A DNA stretch of 32,000 nt from Dickeya solani IPO 2222 (GTDB lineage Bacteria; Pseudomonadota; Gammaproteobacteria; Enterobacterales; Enterobacteriaceae), in contig NZ_CP015137.1 in NCBI RefSeq assembly GCF_001644705.1, positions 1,560,001-1,592,000 of the forward strand. Direction: 5' to 3'. Below, in pieces: positions 14,201 through 19,533 of this stretch. The position numbers and the translations under genes are program-made. The notes beneath the pieces are model-generated. The model searched no databases, was not told the DNA's origin, and worked only from the letters and a program-made list of their open reading frames with translations. The number at the start of each line of letters is the position of its first letter. The first letter of the stretch is position 1.

Positions 14201-16847
14201 CCCGCTTGACGTCCTCATGATTATTCTTGCTCACCAGACATAAAAGCATGCCCTGCTCTTTCTGGCGTAACATGAACTGTTGCAACGCACGATAATTCGA
14301 ATCGATCTTGATGCCTTCGGCCCCCTGTTCACCAACCACGCCAGACCACAGCGTGTTATCGCAATCAAGGGCGATCACTTTATAAGGGGGGCGCTGGAAG
14401 GCATGGATATGACGCACAAGAACCGATGCAATGATCTCAAAAAACTCTGGTGTATAAGGAATATGCCCCATCTCATCACGAACGGCATCGTGGTATTCGG
14501 TGACATCATAAGCCGCCGACTCGCTGTTCAGATCAATGCCGATAATATCCGTCTTATCCCCCAGAATCTGTTGCATCATCTGAGGCATGTTCTCAAGCAG
14601 ATCGGTAGAAAACCTTTCCCGCATCTCTGGGGACGGAGGGCAAAGCACAAAGAGCGTAGGCCCCCGACGGCTACCTTGTGTCTCTCTGACCAGGGTCAGC
14701 AGTTCCTTAAAGTTATCGCTGATCCCCTGCTCAAATGGAGTAAGGCGATGCTGATTGTCAGCATGAGCAACAGGACGTCTGGCATAAAAATTGGCTAAAC
14801 CTGAAGACTTAAGCATCTCTTCTTCAACAATCGCCAGCTCAAAGCCTTTATCCCGCAGTAACCGGGCTATTTTATCCGCGGTTGTACCTTCTTTATCATG
14901 AACTTCAACGACAACCTGACGAATATTCGGCCATATTTCATCAGCAATACTGCTTAAAATGTCCCATTCGCATTTTTCGGCATCCACTTTCAGCAGATCG
15001 ATAGTCTCAATATGATGCTCTTGCATAATACTGGCTAACGAACGCATCTGAACCTGATAGGTTTGTTTTTGCAGACGCTCACTGATCATGGCATCCAAAT
15101 GTTCCCGAATAGCTTCACTATCCGTATCGCCGAAACGCTTGGTCACTTCATTTTCCATTGATTTTTTCAGCGCTTCGCCATCTTCTGTTTCATCGGTATG
15201 AAACCCTGACCAGACCGAAGAATTCGGGTAAAAAACAAATTCGGCTTCCCCGTCCTTGTCGGCAATACCCACTTGCAAAGCTTTCGCCTGAGGCGCATAC
15301 AATGCGAGGTTCTTTCGAAGAATGGCGTAAGAAATCGGTGAAGGTTCGCAAGAAAAAATACGTAAATCAGGACATTGGGTTGTAGCAAACAGAGAGAACA
15401 TTCCGATGTTGCCGCCAATATCGACTATCACATCTCCCTGTTGAAAAGAAATGCCGTGCTTCGCGTATGTTTTCTCTACGAAAATCTCTTCATAGAGATA
15501 GCTGGTTTCATAAGGTTTTAGATGTGCGACCTCCATACCGTTAGGCAGTACAAAGCGTTCACAATCCGTCAAATGATGCTCAATTTGCTCCGAAGAAACC
15601 TGGGGTACCTCACCTTTCCCCGAGGTCGCAGTTATCGGAGGCATAGTTGTCGGAGGCATAGTTGTCGGAGGCATAGTTATCGAAGGAATAGTTATCGGGC
15701 CATTGGCAACCAGATCTTCTAACCGACAGAGAATCGCATTTACACCTTCGGTGTTCGCGGTCAGTAAACGTTGTTGATCCAGAAGTTCCTGATAAACTTG
15801 GTTATATGGCGCAAATTTAATCTGATCGTTCCAGTTCAGGCGAGAGAACCATACTTGCAAAGGTTCAGCGATCGGCTCTGCGGTGAAGGTCGCAGCAATG
15901 GCCCATGATTGACCAGCAACACTCCCCGTTTGATTTTGTTGACCAAAGCCCGATTGGTTGTCTGTCAGTTGTTCTATTTCCACCGTCTGCTCACTTTGTT
16001 CGGCTCTTTGATATGAGCGAATATGTAACCCTTTCATTTCCACCAATATCTCTCCCGACTCATTAGCTAAAAACACATCAAAAACTCCCTTTTCGGGCGT
16101 GTCTGAAACGGCCTGTCTGGGTATGACAAACACATCACACTTTGGCGTTAAATGTGTGTAAATCACGATATTTTCTAACGAAAAAGGCACATAAACCTGA
16201 TGTTGATGATCGCACCGCCGGGTTTCTCTGACGCCAAGTAAAACAGTTTGAACTGCGGCATCGAGTATGTAGGGAGAAGGGAGGTCTGTCAGACTCGCTT
16301 CATCAGCCACGATCCGACCCCAAAAAAGATCCTGGCTGCAGTGAAGCTCGTCCAGACACTGAAACTGTTCCCGGTAGTTGATTCCGCCGGCCAGAAACAA
16401 GCGGTAAATTTCATCGCGGTTCAGCCGATGAGTGAAGGTGTGAGATGACGTATCAGGAAGACGAAAAACAGGTGCTTCGGCATTGTTTGTAGCCAGTTTC
16501 TTATTCAAACCAGGCTCATTGTTTAAACCTGAGAAAACAACACCTGTCGCATGGCGTTTTGTCGCGTTTCCCGGAACCTTGGATGTGACCCAATAGGTGG
16601 TGCCATCCCCATCAGTATCCAGATGAATATTAACCTGGCAAACGCCCTCCGCAATGGCTAGTGGCGCAAACCATACGGCATCTTTTACCCGAAAAGGGTA
16701 GATAGAAAGCTCATGATTACTTTGCCTTTTATCCAAGAGGGAGGCCGCGACAAAATGAATATATCCCATCGCCGGTAGGATTGGTTCATCTAATACTATG
16801 TGTCCAGAAATAATAGTGCTTCTATTATTTAATGTGTATTCTGACAT
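5295..16847 (-). CDS. trans-AT type I polyketide synthase, 3850 aa: DH-like / FkbM-MT / FkbH / ACP / KS(Cys->Ser) / ECH-degenerate / ECH2 / ACP / ACP / KS / DH-degenerate
   Basis: Single 11.5-kb ORF; AAGGAGG Shine-Dalgarno sequence (complement of 16853-16859) upstream of the ATG. Motifs in order: HIVLDEPILP and LDAAVQ; VIVDIGGNIGMF; LDCDNTLW and LLSCRVLGRG; YGVDSF; DTASSSSL/EAHGTGT/SNIGH; two crotonase folds; GLDSITGVTW x2; DTACSSSL/ETHGTGT/SNIGH; hot-dog-like C-terminus. No GHSxG acyltransferase motif seen. Confidence 0.95.
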   Translation of the reverse strand: MSEYTLNNRSTIISGHIVLDEPILPAMGYIHFVAASLLDKRQSNHELSIYPFRVKDAVWFAPLAIAEGVCQVNIHLDTDGDGTTYWVTSKVPGNATKRHATGVVFSGLNNEPGLNKKLATNNAEAPVFRLPDTSSHTFTHRLNRDEIYRLFLAGGINYREQFQCLDELHCSQDLFWGRIVADEASLTDLPSPYILDAAVQTVLLGVRETRRCDHQHQVYVPFSLENIVIYTHLTPKCDVFVIPRQAVSDTPEKGVFDVFLANESGEILVEMKGLHIRSYQRAEQSEQTVEIEQLTDNQSGFGQQNQTGSVAGQSWAIAATFTAEPIAEPLQVWFSRLNWNDQIKFAPYNQVYQELLDQQRLLTANTEGVNAILCRLEDLVANGPITIPSITMPPTTMPPTTMPPITATSGKGEVPQVSSEQIEHHLTDCERFVLPNGMEVAHLKPYETSYLYEEIFVEKTYAKHGISFQQGDVIVDIGGNIGMFSLFATTQCPDLRIFSCEPSPISYAILRKNLALYAPQAKALQVGIADKDGEAEFVFYPNSSVWSGFHTDETEDGEALKKSMENEVTKRFGDTDSEAIREHLDAMISERLQKQTYQVQMRSLASIMQEHHIETIDLLKVDAEKCEWDILSSIADEIWPNIRQVVVEVHDKEGTTADKIARLLRDKGFELAIVEEEMLKSSGLANFYARRPVAHADNQHRLTPFEQGISDNFKELLTLVRETQGSRRGPTLFVLCPPSPEMRERFSTDLLENMPQMMQQILGDKTDIIGIDLNSESAAYDVTEYHDAVRDEMGHIPYTPEFFEIIASVLVRHIHAFQRPPYKVIALDCDNTLWSGVVGEQGAEGIKIDSNYRALQQFMLRQKEQGMLLCLVSKNNHEDVKRVFDSRDDMILQWHDFVDTKINWNAKSDNLQRLAKNLNLGLDSFIFLDDSPIEYAEVSAGCPQVLSLRLPENSNDIPGFLAHVWGFDQVHRQTNEDAKRTHMYQEQVRREAFRQSAFSMEAFIRGLELEITIQPATQDQAERLSQLTHRTNQFNFVKAPYTVADILARIQSPEQGCLSIRVADRFGDYGICGLCFFSERENVLSVDGGLLSCRVLGRGVEYQMLNVLGRKALERKKETVEIRFAASDKNKPAEIFLRSIDSIQYVSESSGVWTYTIPATVLAELVFTPSSQTIASSNENAQSESATASQQRLPSTDTILMQQIGDHRGRLPTLRSESEYEQAEYQQTEQEIVPQSVDIDEDAILNYINAVLVKNLLECLKKKVDIDEAKAFSEYGVDSFAAINLVVKLNGAFAIKLPSTVLFDYGCVNDLRCYLMENYQNAIVTRMQSEWREIDIQDDTVQRSEANQTRKILQKTDDTSKTARPIYEGGYEGDIAVIGVSARFPGVVNVDAFWSLLLDGGDCISEVPAERWNIAAYFDEDRTKPNKTYGRWGGFIEDIDKFDASFFGISGKEARQMDPQQRLFLQESWHALEDAGYANREIKDKKWAVYAGADAGDYQANLRQHDIPLDASSFMGNDSSILAARIAYFMDMKGPAMAIDTASSSSLAAVHLACESLRNGAIDMAIAGGVSIHTTANFHILCAKAGMLSADGRCKPFDHRADGFVPGEAVGVVILKRLQDAIDDKDHIYSVIKGSGMNQDGKTNGITAPSSRSQTELICQVYDELNLSADDLTYIEAHGTGTKLGDPIEITALTDAFRRQTQRTGFCAIGSVKSNIGHCVHASGVSALIKLLLSFKHRKLAPSVNYEKPNPLIPFEDTPFVVNTQVKDWQPNSQGKRIAAVSSFGFSGTNVHMVLEEFRPSEVSPASQFPELDPEPALLLLSARSEAQLHVLARQLKVYIQQHPHLTTNGLKDIAYTLQLGRESLGHRLAVAGKSDAEILTGLEDYLNRNTFAQSYLTGTVAQGEKNKGNSRRQQADIDTSIQRRDLRGLAGQWLEGRQIDWAAWYQTPRQRVAGLPLYPFEQDRYWLPEDARYSAPDTLNSQAARASTVMSVDVMSADVMSADAELSVLDVADSQKTGERAEGKRVLASLQAFQVAAPFQVSNLNVENSPFRLTDEGQGIFCLRLHDANGSSLIEDSPGMARLSHLHRLLNEIKNRTDISVLLISGDEHHFLPALEDDTELFLQEALYRTVLELPFPVIASVPGDCKGYAWLFVCLCDFAVLSTTGRYQYVSQKQMVSQQLYHLLSERFTPSAAQVLLTDWRGIEGRHLKELGLLMPVFPSTEVAEESLKLAQELASVPREALIQLKQHLAANLVGQSVALTERPLAFAVERAVPESHESAVLTESWLQAFKAGQLGLPQGKPRKVALNSPVIDAEVYDNGVLLVRLCERESRNKFSKAFVAGFEEIFAHIHQNQAYKVVVLTGYDHYFASGGTMETLQAIQKGSAKFTDEKIFALPLECDIPVIAAMQGHGIGPGWAVGMFCDDAIFSQESVYYSPYMRYGFTPGAGSTLILPCRLGLDIAREVLFTAKEYKGFELQARGLKSPVLERAQVLPFALAAANAMARMSRDELVARKTQRSRRIRNQVEANYVLELRMHEHTFVGNQEVLARIQQHFNQGMLSHREQISGQEQASHQRVSGVQGTKALDSTSAVQKEQDSNAVFEQVYSLLRRMLAEELQIRTEQIESEQPFVDLGLDSITGVTWIRNINAEYGLTLNAADVYSYPSLKVFTGLVIKEAGLNTATGERREIEAEMTPGFVPAPVGLSNVTVGSNVRENVVDARKRANTPPANILEFLSQTLSQELQIKPQAIDPNVAFVDLGLDSITGVTWIRKINQHYGLDLNAAEVYSHPTLQEFALLVQRCSGLGQSSLPDSAVFGEATLTQPSASDTGAELMAGLSQTSIPSAKQTLLKAERVEPQAVATPCAANTELAISPAPARRQAIAIVGMSGQFPKAKNLQQFWENLSKGDDCISEVPAERWAIEDFFDRNRHTPGKTYSKWMGVLEDADKFDPLFFNISPREAEMMDPQQRVFLEACWGCIEDAGYNPADLSGSRCGVFVGCGEGDYDARFGMELNAQAFMGNAISILAARIAYHLDLQGPSLAIDTACSSSLVAIASACDSLVLGNSDLALAGGVSVLAGPSMHIMTSKAGMLSEDGRCFTFDQRANGFVPGEGVGVVLLKRLEDAIEDQDVIHGVIKGWGVNQDGKSNGITAPNGNAQSRLEQAVYTGFGIDPEQIQYVETHGTGTKLGDPVEVVGLKQTFSLFTQKENYCALGSVKSNIGHTLRAAGVASVLKVLLAMKNQQIPPTLHHQELNEHITLDGTPFYVNRELRDWIVESGQRRQAAVSSFGFSGTNAHLVIEQFPTEGLSAMEPSARKISAEEYLSRDPALIPLSAKNDVQLKQMTANLLAHVNEYANRIEAKGESAGHAQAYLHSLAYTLQTGREAMNERLGLVAHTLDELQRKLSAVLAGEQQTVDLLYQGKSKLHRDALSVFDVDEDMHDLIQAWASKGKFTKLLDIWVKGMNIDWEILYSSVAPSLRPKRVSLPTYPFARERYWVDLTTMHTDHSPIASDETAFSSDTTDASGPASSVSIADHPAFSHGNSVVAEETVRGLQQTLPAQALVNVPGDFSAYGNMMAAGVIAAQGQLPGLLLLESARCAWEQATRENMAPPQHTAELNYILWGQPARMQDALNGHIQTYISREDDGLYFQCVTEKAGESVTHNFGQIVLNTTAGGGGDTLDIRELEKQLEASHNHQTTHQIRRIFDEDGLKNQALIEKVDFDGKQLLVTFNSLAELPRQLNVPTFRPVLLTTCWQLLCALNQYCHPQATGRNQWYPFSLDSIIAFKPITERVMVYISPTPVGHEPLIITGDLPGYDLRLYDESGVLCLWLRNLKMAKEDALLTLEPSEA
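5313..6185 (-). other. PKS domain: C-terminal degenerate DH-like (hot-dog) domain
   Basis: AAGVIAAQGQLPGLLLLE aligns to the DH HxxxGxxxxP box with Gly (codon 6108-6110) where the catalytic His should be. The second-box position reads LLTTCWQ instead of DxxxQ/H. Confidence 0.6.
6945..8207 (-). other. PKS domain: KS2 (canonical)
   Basis: AIAIVGMSGQFP...IDTACSSSLVAI (Cys codon 7704-7706)...VETHGTGTKLGDP...SNIGHTLRAAG...SSFGFSGTNAHLVIEQ. Confidence 0.92.
8442..8660 (-). other. PKS domain: ACP (second of a tandem pair), Trp flag
   Basis: ILEFLSQTLSQELQIKPQAIDPNVAFVDLGLDSITGVTWIRKINQHYGLDLNAAEVYSHPTLQEFALLV. Confidence 0.88.
8817..9044 (-). other. PKS domain: ACP (first of a tandem pair), Trp flag
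   Basis: VFEQVYSLLRRMLAEELQIRTEQIESEQPFVDLGLDSITGVTWIRNINAEYGLTLNAADVYSYPSLKVFTGLV; Ser codon 8934-8936. Confidence 0.88.
9180..9911 (-). other. PKS domain: in-line enoyl-CoA hydratase/crotonase, ECH2 (decarboxylase, PksI/CurF type)
   Basis: YKVVVLTGYDHYFASGGT...PVIAAMQGHGIGPGWAVGMFCDDAIFSQESVYYSPYMRYGFTPGAGST. Closely parallels the free-standing ECH2 at 21581-22330 (VILTGYDSYFATGGT...PVISAMQGHAVGGGLVMGLFADFVIMSQESIYTANFMKYGFTPGMGGT). Confidence 0.85.
10068..10715 (-). other. PKS domain: degenerate crotonase-fold domain (ECH*)
   Basis: Crotonase-like spacing (ISVLLISGDEHHFLPALEDD ... PFPVIASVPGDCKGYAWLFVCLCDFAVLS ... LASVPREALIQLKQHL), but the FxAGxD and GxxxGGG oxyanion-hole boxes are not conserved. 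Confidence 0.6.
10841..10880. repeat. ~2.7 x 15-bp in-frame tandem repeat encoding (MS[VA]DV)n in the KS1-ECH linker
   Basis: ccgacataacatcNN at 10841 and 10856, with a partial copy at 10871. PKS frame reads MSVDV-MSADV-MSAD. Confidence 0.9.
11457..12728 (-). other. PKS domain: KS1 with active-site Cys replaced by Ser
   Basis: DIAVIGVSARFPG...AMAIDTASSSSLAAVH (Ser codon TCT = complement of 12219-12221, where DTACSSS is expected)...EAHGTGTKLGDP...SNIGHCVHASG...SSFGFSGTNVHMVLEE. Confidence 0.9.
12894..13130 (-). other. PKS domain: loading ACP
   Basis: ILNYINAVLVKNLLECLKKKVDIDEAKAFSEYGVDSFAAINLVVKLNGAFAIKLPSTVLFDYGCVNDLRCYL; Ser codon 13011-13013. Confidence 0.85.
13353..14705 (-). other. PKS domain: FkbH-like glyceryl-ACP synthase/phosphatase (HAD-IIIC core plus catalytic-Cys domain)
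   Basis: YKVIALDCDNTLWSGVVGE (DxDxT; first Asp codon 14364-14366), LVSKNN, FLDDSP, GLLSCRVLGRGVEYQML (Cys codon 13569-13571). Confidence 0.85.
14778..15560 (-). other. PKS domain: FkbM-family SAM-dependent methyltransferase
   Basis: GDVIVDIGGNIGMFSLFATTQCPDLRIFSCEPSPISYAILRKNL...EAEFVFYPNSSVWSGF...IDLLKVDAEKCEWDIL. This matches my memory of the FkbM (Methyltransf_21) pattern. Confidence 0.75.
15625..15696. repeat. ~4.8 x 15-bp in-frame tandem repeat encoding ([TI][TI]MPP)n
   Basis: ggaggcatagttgtc at 15637 and 15652 (identical), ggaggcatagttatc at 15667, gaaggaatagttatc at 15682, partial copy at 15625-15636. PKS frame reads PITIPSITMPPTTMPPTTMPPITAT. Confidence 0.95.
15993..16847 (-). other. 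PKS domain: N-terminal DH-like hot-dog domain
   Basis: ISGHIVLDEPILPAMGY gives HxxxDxxxxP (His codon 16800-16802), i.e. the DH HxxxGxxxxP box with Gly->Asp. PYILDAAVQTVL supplies the DxxxQ box. Confidence 0.6.
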
Positions 16848-17653
16848 CTCGACCTCCTTGTCACCAATATGTTTAAACCATTTTGGTTAAATCTCGAAAG
16901 CTTCGTTCCTGAAAGTTTCGTTACTGACGTATTTAAAAAATATAATAAAAATTCAAATAAAATATTGGAAACAAAAATATAGACTGAGATGAATATTAGA
17001 AAACCCAAAGGAAACTCCGGGTCTAAAAAGAAAACTCTAGGTATGAAATGAGATCATACTTTATTAATTGAAAACATATGCGTGTTACCAGCGTGTTATA
17101 GATGTGTTTTTTACTCAATGGGAAAATTATTACAAATTATTTCTAACATTATATTAAATTATTTTTCCCCAATAAAAACAGACGAATAACCGCTCAAAAT
17201 AATAGCCTCTTTTGAGGGGAACAGGCCGAGTTGAGCGATTTGGCCAATCGCCACAAAGATATATCATCAACCGGACTGAGCGATGCTGAATATCGCCCGC
17301 GCCGAACGGCGCCTGAGACAGAAAAAGCTCCACAAAACATTCGACAAGAGCCATGCACACAGGCTCATAGCGATGTTGATACTGCATCGGGGTAACCGTG
17401 TTGGCGATGTTCCAGGATGCTCCACTGCGCCCTGTTATTACAGCTTGAATGGCTGAATAAGGTTCAGCATTTTATGACAATCGTTAGTCTCTTCCCCGGA
17501 GAGGGCATAGAAGATGAGTGGCCTGTTGAGTATTAAGTTGGTGTTCAGCTTTTATTGATAAGAACACTGATTGACACGCCTTTCTTCGCTGATATAGAGT
17601 TGCTTATAAGTTAAAGAGATAAAATCGCATTCATTTATCCCAAAAGAAATATC

Positions 17654-17779
17654 TATATCCAAAATAATTCGAGTTGCAGGAATACAGCGATGCAACTAAT
17701 CCCCTGGAGCTTACAAAAGTGAGTGACTGGGATGGATAAGGAAAGTCAACGCCCTGCAACGTGAGACATGATGGGTATA
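17654..17779. repeat. ERIC/IRU element (enterobacterial repetitive intergenic consensus, MITE-like), ~126 bp
   Basis: tatatccaaaataattcgagttgcagg...cccctggagcttacaaaagtgagtgactggg...cctgcaacgtgagacatgatgggtata. The core matches the ERIC consensus behind the classic ERIC1R/ERIC2 primers (CCCCAGGAGCTTACAT / AAGTAAGTGACTGGGGTGAGCG), and the ends are inverted repeats. Confidence 0.75.
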
Positions 17780-17930
17780 ACCATTAAGGAAAATAATCAA
17801 AACAACCGGTTAGATTCTCGAATTTCATTATCAGTCGGTAATTAGTTTGATAGTTTTATTTGTAGATGAATTTTCTCTACCTGTAGTCATTTTTAATTAA
17901 GTCAGTCATGCACAAGTTAAGGAGCATCAT

Positions 17931-18182
17931 ATGAGCCACAAAAGCAAGGAAGATATTTTCAATATTATCGTGCATAACTTACTGGAAATCCTCCCATATC
18001 TGGATACCAGTACCATTGCTCTAGAACAGAGCATGAAAGACTTAGGAGCCAATTCAATTGACCGGGCTGATGTTCTGCTCTCTAGCATGGAAACCCTCGA
18101 TCTCATGTTCCCTCTCCATGAAGCCGGAGACCTCAAAAATATCGGAGAATTAGTGGATTTCCTGCACGCCAAAGCACAGTAG
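17931..18182 (+). CDS. discrete acyl carrier protein of the beta-branching cassette (donor ACP, AcpK/CurB type)
   Basis: 83 aa; AAGGAG Shine-Dalgarno sequence 6 nt upstream. MKDLGANSIDRADVLLSSME phosphopantetheine site (Asn-Ser instead of Asp-Ser). Immediately precedes KS(Ser)-HMGS-ECH1-ECH2. Confidence 0.85.
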   Translation: MSHKSKEDIFNIIVHNLLEILPYLDTSTIALEQSMKDLGANSIDRADVLLSSMETLDLMFPLHEAGDLKNIGELVDFLHAKAQ

Positions 18183-18245
18183 TCATCCACACTATGCTGA
18201 TCTTCTGGCGAATATGGCCTTTCAGTGAATCAAAGCAGGATGCGT

Positions 18246-19502
18246 ATGAAGAACAATGTCGTTGTGACCGGCTTAGGCGTAGCAGCTGCGAATGGAATCG
18301 GAATACCAGCTTTTACCCAATCACTGAAAACAGGTATCAGTGGAATCAACAGGCATACCAACGAATTTCCAGAAATCAAGGCAAGCCTGGCTGATTACAA
18401 CTATAAGGCGGCATTAGAGTCTTTATCTCTCACTCAGGAAGAGCGAAAAGATGCTTTGCGCCTGGGGGCCAGAGTGCCGTTGAGTACCCGGGTATCACTC
18501 GCAACTGCACTTGAAGCCTGGCATGATGCTTTTGCCGACGGATGCCCTTACCCTCCAGAACAAAGGGGAATCATCATTGCCGGGCATAACGTCGAGCAAA
18601 AATATCAATATCAAATCCGACAATCCTTCATCGACCAACCCGAATTTGTTCCTGCAAGTTATGCGCTGTACTTTATGGACACAAATCAGTTAGGTCTGAT
18701 CAGCGAGCTTTTAACTATCCGTGGAGAAGGCTGTACTGTTGGTGGCGCTTCAGCCAGCGGAAACTCCGGCATTATCCAGGCATACAGGCAAGTCGCATCA
18801 GGAATCACCCAGTCTTGTCTGGTCGTCGGAGCAATGGCAGATTTATCACCTCCAGAGATACAGGCATTCAAAAACAGCGGCGCCCTGCTGACCCAAAGCG
18901 ACTCTAGTGATCCCGCACAGCTTTGTCGCCCCTTTGATCAAGATCGAAAAGGGTTTGTTTACGGTCAAGGATGTGCCTGTCTGTTGCTGGAAAATGAACA
19001 AAGTGCCCGTGAACGCCACGCACCGATTTGGGGACGAATTCTTGGTGGCAGTATCTGCCTGGATGCCAATCGAGGCAGTAATCCAAGTTGTGAAGGTGAG
19101 TCTCGGGTGATGCAACAGGCGCTGTTGACTGCCTGTTGTCCCTATGATTCGGTCGACTACATCAATACGCATGGCACCAGTTCACTTATGGGCGATGAAA
19201 CTGAAATCGCCGCCATCAAGCGTGTTTTTGGCCCTTACCATCAACGGATTTGGCTCAATTCAACCAAAAGCCTCACGGGGCACTGCCTGTATGCCGCCGC
19301 TGCCGTAGAGACGGTAGCCACATTGATACAAATGAAAGAGCGCTTTCTTCACCCAAACTTGAACCTGGAAACACCGATCAACGATGAATGCCGTTTTGTC
19401 GGGCAACATGCCCAACACCAGGAAATCAAAGTCGCTTTGAATAATGCCTTCGGTTTCGGCGGCATTAATACCTGTGTTGTGTTGGCGCATGCCAGCCAAT
19501 AG
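18246..19502 (+). CDS. free-standing KS-like malonyl-ACP decarboxylase (KS with Cys->Ser; PksF/CurC type)
   Basis: FabF-like fold. TVGGASASGNSG, where STACATG is expected (Ser codon TCA 18750-18752); NTHGTSSLMGD and SLTGHCLYAAA histidines retained. The ORF track starts at GTG 18225. I prefer ATG 18246 (MKNNVVVTGLG) because AGGA sits 5 nt upstream. Confidence 0.85.
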   Translation: MKNNVVVTGLGVAAANGIGIPAFTQSLKTGISGINRHTNEFPEIKASLADYNYKAALESLSLTQEERKDALRLGARVPLSTRVSLATALEAWHDAFADGCPYPPEQRGIIIAGHNVEQKYQYQIRQSFIDQPEFVPASYALYFMDTNQLGLISELLTIRGEGCTVGGASASGNSGIIQAYRQVASGITQSCLVVGAMADLSPPEIQAFKNSGALLTQSDSSDPAQLCRPFDQDRKGFVYGQGCACLLLENEQSARERHAPIWGRILGGSICLDANRGSNPSCEGESRVMQQALLTACCPYDSVDYINTHGTSSLMGDETEIAAIKRVFGPYHQRIWLNSTKSLTGHCLYAAAAVETVATLIQMKERFLHPNLNLETPINDECRFVGQHAQHQEIKVALNNAFGFGGINTCVVLAHASQ

Positions 19503-19533
19503 CGTTCACCTAATTTAGCATAAGAGGGACCTT

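Noticed and set aside
669-15696. Possibility that the short tandem repeats (669-722, 3352-3423, 10841-10880, 15625-15696) are CRISPR arrays
   Set aside because: The units are 15-18 bp, directly abutting with no spacers, in frame within coding sequence, and no cas genes are present.
15522-15722. 66-aa plus-strand ORF with (RRHSC)n repeats
   Set aside because: It is the antisense shadow of the (TTMPP)n repeat within the 3850-aa PKS gene. It has no RBS and low-complexity content.
5745-16448. Numerous 60-255-aa ORFs overlapping the big PKS on both strands (e.g. 8846-9613, 10011-10580, 14280-14798, 9123-9500)
   Set aside because: All lie inside one uninterrupted 11.5-kb ORF with recognisable PKS domains throughout. 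Their sequences are low-complexity or Arg/Ser-rich, typical of off-frame translation.
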